Assembly: GCF_053078305.1 (NCBI RefSeq)
Contig: NZ_CP166879.1
DNA length: 64,000 nt
Direction: 5' to 3' (one strand)
Of the stretch, positions 59,600 to 64,000 are shown in pieces; position 1 is the first letter of the stretch; every line of letters starts with the position of its first letter. The position numbers and the translations under genes were made by a program. The notes under the pieces are model-generated. The model saw only the letters and a program-made list of their open reading frames with translations, ran no database searches and was not told the DNA's origin.

Positions 59600-60637
59600 T
59601 CAAGACGCCTTCGCCAACTCCTTCACCAGCGGTAGCATTATCCGCATAACGTCACGGCAACGACGTTCTATTCTTCCAGGAAGTGCTTTATCAATATGTT
59701 GCTGATTATCCAGTCTTACGTCATGCCAGCTATTTCCCGCAGGGAATGCGGCTGTTTTTGCGCGTTGCTGATAACCATCCTTATTCCCAAGATTCCAGTT
59801 AGTCGCTTCCACCGAAAGTACAGCAATGCCCGCTTTGTCGAATATTTCTGCGTCATTACAACACCCAGTGCCTTTCGGATAATTTTTATTCAAACCCGGA
59901 TTGGTCGTTGCGGCAATTCCATGACTACGCGCAATTGCCAGCGCCCTGTCGCGCGTTAATTTCCTTACTGCTTCAGGGGTTTTTACACCGCTGTTGAAAT
60001 ACAATTTATCGCCAACAATTAAGTTATCGAGATTAATCACCAGCAGCGTATTTTTCTTTTCGGTGTCACTCATCCGCTTGAGTAAATTCTCAGCGCCTAA
60101 TTTCCCTTCCTCTTCGCCGCTGGTCGCCACAAATCGAATACCATACTCGGTAGGCGTATTTTTCAGGCGTTCTGCCAATTCCAGCATGACACCTAAACCT
60201 GCGGCGTTATCATCCATTCCTTGTAACGTCAGCCCGCCGAGATTGGCATCGGCGTCAGCATCGCTCAGCGGGGCGTAAGTATCCAGATGCGCCATAATGA
60301 TGATCTGCTGCGGCGCTTTGCCTTCATGAGCGGCAATCACCGTACTTCCCGTCACGTTATGCCAGCTCTTGCGATTATCGCGGGCGGTATAAATATACCG
60401 ACTATTAAATGTCCGAATATCACTGCGATAACCCATTTGCTGAAACTGTTGGCGAATATAATCGGCAGATAACATTTCTGCAGGAGTTCCGGTCATGCGT
60501 CCCGGAAAGAAAGTAGCAATATGTCGTGCCTGGGTATTAGCAAAATCGCCAGGTTTAGGTGACGAGGCGTGTACGGGGAGAATAAAGCATACGCCGAGCG
60601 CCAGGGCAGCGGTACGGTGGCGCAATGCGGAAAACAT
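59600..60637 (-). CDS. iap: Alkaline phosphatase isozyme conversion aminopeptidase
   Basis: 345 aa with signal peptide, M28 peptidase family; classical CRISPR-adjacent gene in E. coli. Confidence 0.88.
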   Translation of the reverse strand: MFSALRHRTAALALGVCFILPVHASSPKPGDFANTQARHIATFFPGRMTGTPAEMLSADYIRQQFQQMGYRSDIRTFNSRYIYTARDNRKSWHNVTGSTVIAAHEGKAPQQIIIMAHLDTYAPLSDADADANLGGLTLQGMDDNAAGLGVMLELAERLKNTPTEYGIRFVATSGEEEGKLGAENLLKRMSDTEKKNTLLVINLDNLIVGDKLYFNSGVKTPEAVRKLTRDRALAIARSHGIAATTNPGLNKNYPKGTGCCNDAEIFDKAGIAVLSVEATNWNLGNKDGYQQRAKTAAFPAGNSWHDVRLDNQQHIDKALPGRIERRCRDVMRIMLPLVKELAKAS

Positions 60638-60888
60638 AGTGAGTCCTTAAATACCATGCAAATTTTTTTACCGCCATAGTATGAAACTGCCGCTGCGCTA
60701 AAACAATTTCAAATCTTCCTAAACGCCCGAAATCCGGTGCCTTAAGCACTTTTTGATATTAGCTTTGCCAAATCGTTATTCCGTTAAGGAACTACTCATT
60801 CTAATTGGTAATTTCATTCGTTCTCTTACGCTCCCTATAGTCGAAACATCTGATGGCAAGAAAATAGCGGTATTGCAAAGGAACGGTT

Positions 60889-61797
60889 ATGGATCAAATA
60901 CGACTTACTCACCTGCGGCAACTGGAGGCGGAAAGCATCCACATTATTCGCGAGGTGGCGGCAGAATTCTCAAATCCGGTGATGCTCTACTCTATCGGTA
61001 AAGATTCCAGCGTCATGCTGCATCTGGCGCGCAAGGCGTTTTATCCAGGTACGCTACCTTTCCCGTTGCTGCATGTCGATACCGGCTGGAAATTCCGCGA
61101 GATGTATGAGTTCCGCGATCGTACGGCGAAAGCCTACGGCTGCGAGCTGCTGGTGCATAAAAACCCGGAAGGCGTGGCGATGGGGATTAATCCATTCGTG
61201 CACGGCAGCGCGAAACATACCGATATTATGAAAACTGAAGGTCTGAAACAGGCACTGAACAAATACGGTTTTGATGCCGCCTTCGGTGGTGCGCGCCGTG
61301 ACGAAGAGAAATCCCGTGCTAAAGAGCGTATCTACTCTTTCCGTGATCGCTTCCATCGCTGGGACCCGAAAAATCAGCGCCCGGAGCTGTGGCACAACTA
61401 TAACGGGCAGATTAACAAAGGCGAAAGCATCCGCGTTTTCCCGCTCTCTAACTGGACCGAGCAGGATATCTGGCAATACATCTGGCTGGAAAATATCGAC
61501 ATTGTTCCGTTGTATCTCGCTGCGGAACGTCCGGTTCTGGAACGCGACGGTATGTTGATGATGATTGATGACAACCGTATCGACCTGCAACCGGGCGAAG
61601 TGATTAAAAAACGGATGGTGCGTTTCCGTACGCTGGGCTGCTGGCCGCTGACCGGTGCGGTGGAGTCAAATGCACAAACGCTGCCGGAGATCATCGAAGA
61701 GATGCTGGTTTCCACCACCAGTGAACGTCAGGGGCGTGTGATTGACCGCGACCAGGCTGGTTCTATGGAGCTGAAAAAACGTCAGGGGTATTTTTAA
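60889..61797 (+). CDS. cysD: Sulfate adenylyltransferase subunit 2
   Basis: 302 aa PAPS-reductase-like fold. Confidence 0.95.
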   Translation: MDQIRLTHLRQLEAESIHIIREVAAEFSNPVMLYSIGKDSSVMLHLARKAFYPGTLPFPLLHVDTGWKFREMYEFRDRTAKAYGCELLVHKNPEGVAMGINPFVHGSAKHTDIMKTEGLKQALNKYGFDAAFGGARRDEEKSRAKERIYSFRDRFHRWDPKNQRPELWHNYNGQINKGESIRVFPLSNWTEQDIWQYIWLENIDIVPLYLAAERPVLERDGMLMMIDDNRIDLQPGEVIKKRMVRFRTLGCWPLTGAVESNAQTLPEIIEEMLVSTTSERQGRVIDRDQAGSMELKKRQGYF

Positions 61798-61798
61798 G

Positions 61799-63226
61799 AT
61801 GAACACCGCACTTGCACAACAAATCGCCAATGAAGGCGGCGTCGAAGCCTGGATGATTGCGCAACAACATAAAAGCCTGCTGCGTTTTCTGACCTGTGGT
61901 AGCGTCGATGACGGCAAAAGTACCCTGATTGGTCGTCTGCTGCACGATACCCGCCAAATCTATGAAGATCAGCTCTCATCGCTGCATAACGACAGCAAAC
62001 GACACGGTACCCAGGGCGAGAAACTGGATTTGGCGTTGCTGGTGGATGGCCTGCAAGCTGAACGCGAACAGGGTATTACTATCGACGTGGCTTACCGTTA
62101 TTTCTCTACCGAGAAGCGTAAATTTATTATCGCCGACACCCCCGGGCACGAGCAGTATACCCGCAATATGGCGACCGGCGCCTCAACGTGTGAGCTGGCG
62201 ATCTTATTGATCGACGCCCGTAAAGGCGTGCTCGATCAAACCCGTCGTCACAGTTTTATCTCCACGCTGCTGGGGATCAAACATCTGGTCGTAGCGATCA
62301 ACAAAATGGATCTGGTGGATTACAGTGAAGAGACATTCACCCGCATTCGTGAAGACTACCTGACTTTCGCCGAACAGTTACCTGGCAATCTGGATATTCG
62401 CTTTGTGCCGCTCTCTGCGCTGGAAGGCGACAACGTGGCTTCGCAAAGTGAAAGTATGCCGTGGTACAGCGGTCCGACACTGCTCGAAGTGCTGGAAACC
62501 GTGGAGATCCAGCGAGTGGTGGATGTCCAGCCAATGCGCTTCCCAGTGCAGTACGTTAACCGCCCAAATCTCGATTTTCGTGGCTACGCCGGAACGCTGG
62601 CATCCGGTCGCGTGGAAGTCGGGCAACGTGTAAAAGTGCTGCCCTCTGGTGTGGAATCAAACGTCGCGCGGATCGTGACTTTTGATGGTGATCGCGAAGA
62701 AGCCTTTGCCGGAGAAGCGATCACCCTGGTGCTGACGGATGAGATCGACATCAGCCGTGGCGATCTGCTGCTGGCGGCAGACGAAGCGTTACCAGCTGTG
62801 CAGAGCGCGTCGGTGGATGTGGTATGGATGGCGGAACAGCCGCTTTCCCCGGGCCAGAGTTATGACATCAAAATTGCCGGTAAGAAGACGCGTGCTCGTG
62901 TTGATGGCATTCGTTATCAGGTTGATATTAATAACCTTACCCAACGCGAAGTTGAAAACCTGCCGCTGAACGGCATCGGCCTGGTGGATCTCACTTTTGA
63001 CGAGCCACTGGTGTTAGATCGTTATCAGCAAAACCCGGTTACCGGTGGGCTGATTTTTATCGATCGCCTGAGCAATGTGACCGTAGGTGCCGGTATGGTG
63101 CATGAGCCAGTTAGCCAGGTAACTGCTGCGCCATCTGAATTTAGTGCATTCGAACTGGAATTGAATGCCCTGGTTCGCCGCCACTTTCCACACTGGGGCG
63201 CGCGCGATTTGCTGGGGGATAAATAA
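61799..63226 (+). CDS. cysN: Sulfate adenylyltransferase subunit 1 (GTPase)
   Basis: 475 aa with GTP-binding motifs ([18 protein letters not shown]). Confidence 0.95.
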
Positions 63227-63831
63227 TGGCGCTGCATGACGAAAACGTCGTCTGGCATAGCCATCCGGTCACTGTGCAACAACGCGAGCTACACCACGGT
63301 CATCGTGGTGTAGTGCTGTGGTTTACCGGCCTCTCCGGGTCCGGTAAATCAACGGTCGCCGGGGCGCTGGAGGAGGCGTTACATAAACTCGGCGTTAGTA
63401 CGTATCTGCTGGATGGCGATAATGTTCGCCACGGATTATGCAGCGATCTCGGTTTTAGCGATGCCGATCGTAAAGAGAATATCCGTCGCGTCGGTGAAGT
63501 GGCGAATTTGATGGTTGAAGCCGGACTGGTGGTGCTGACCGCATTTATCTCGCCACACCGCGCCGAACGCCAGATGGTTCGCGAACGCGTAGGAGAAGGG
63601 CGCTTTATCGAAGTGTTTGTCGATACGCCGCTGGCGATTTGCGAAGCCCGCGATCCAAAAGGCTTATATAAGAAAGCGCGTGCCGGTGAACTGCGCAACT
63701 TTACGGGAATAGATTCCGTTTACGAAGCGCCTGAATCGGCAGAAATTCATCTCAATGGTGAACAATTAGTAACAAATTTGGTACAGCAATTATTAGATCT
63801 GTTGAGACAGAACGATATTATCAGATCCTGA
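63226..63831 (+). CDS. cysC: Adenylylsulfate kinase
   Basis: 201 aa with P-loop GLSGSGKST; TAATG overlap with cysN. Confidence 0.95.
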
Positions 63832-63880
63832 GACACCACCGGGTTTCCATGCCCGGTTCGTCAAAGTAACAGGATCAAAT

Positions 63881-64000
63881 ATGCGTAATAGCCATAACAT
63901 TACACTAACAAATAACGACAGCCTTACTGAGGATGAAGAAACCACATGGTCACTGCCTGGTGCCGTGGTCGGTTTTATCTCTTGGTTATTTGCGCTGGCG
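63881..64000 (+). CDS. ygbE: Small membrane protein, N-terminal part (3' end outside window), probably ygbE
   Basis: ORF starting MRNSHNITLTNNDSL... runs to window end; position downstream of cysC. Confidence 0.5.
   Translation, partial: MRNSHNITLTNNDSLTEDEETTWSLPGAVVGFISWLFALA

Overview
Enterobacterial chromosome segment, almost certainly Escherichia coli or a very close relative, syntenic from memory with the K-12 fucAO to cysDNC region read in reverse orientation. No search tools were available, so all calls rest on reading the six-frame translations, recalled protein families and E. coli gene order, and direct inspection of repeats and hairpins. The window holds a complete type I-E CRISPR-Cas system (cas3, cse1, cse2, cas7, cas5, cas6e, cas1, cas2) with a 17-repeat array next to cas2, and a second 15-repeat array about 26 kb away beside queE with vestigial repeats further on. 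It also carries two toxin-antitoxin loci (mazEF, and a hok-like 50-codon ORF below the ORF-track size cut-off), the CsrB sRNA with its UvrY box, and housekeeping operons (sdaCB, gudPXD, barA, rlmD, relA, pyrG-eno, cysJIH, cysDNC). The least understood content is (i) a lemA plus three tandem TPM-domain paralog operon between eno and queE, and (ii) the ygcNOPQRSUW-yqcE-ygcE cluster of unknown substrate, in which ygcR appears frameshifted. The most unusual single observation is a near-perfect CRISPR repeat in inverted orientation, next to a strong hairpin, in the cas3-cse1 intergenic region. No rRNA, tRNA, IS element or prophage genes were seen.
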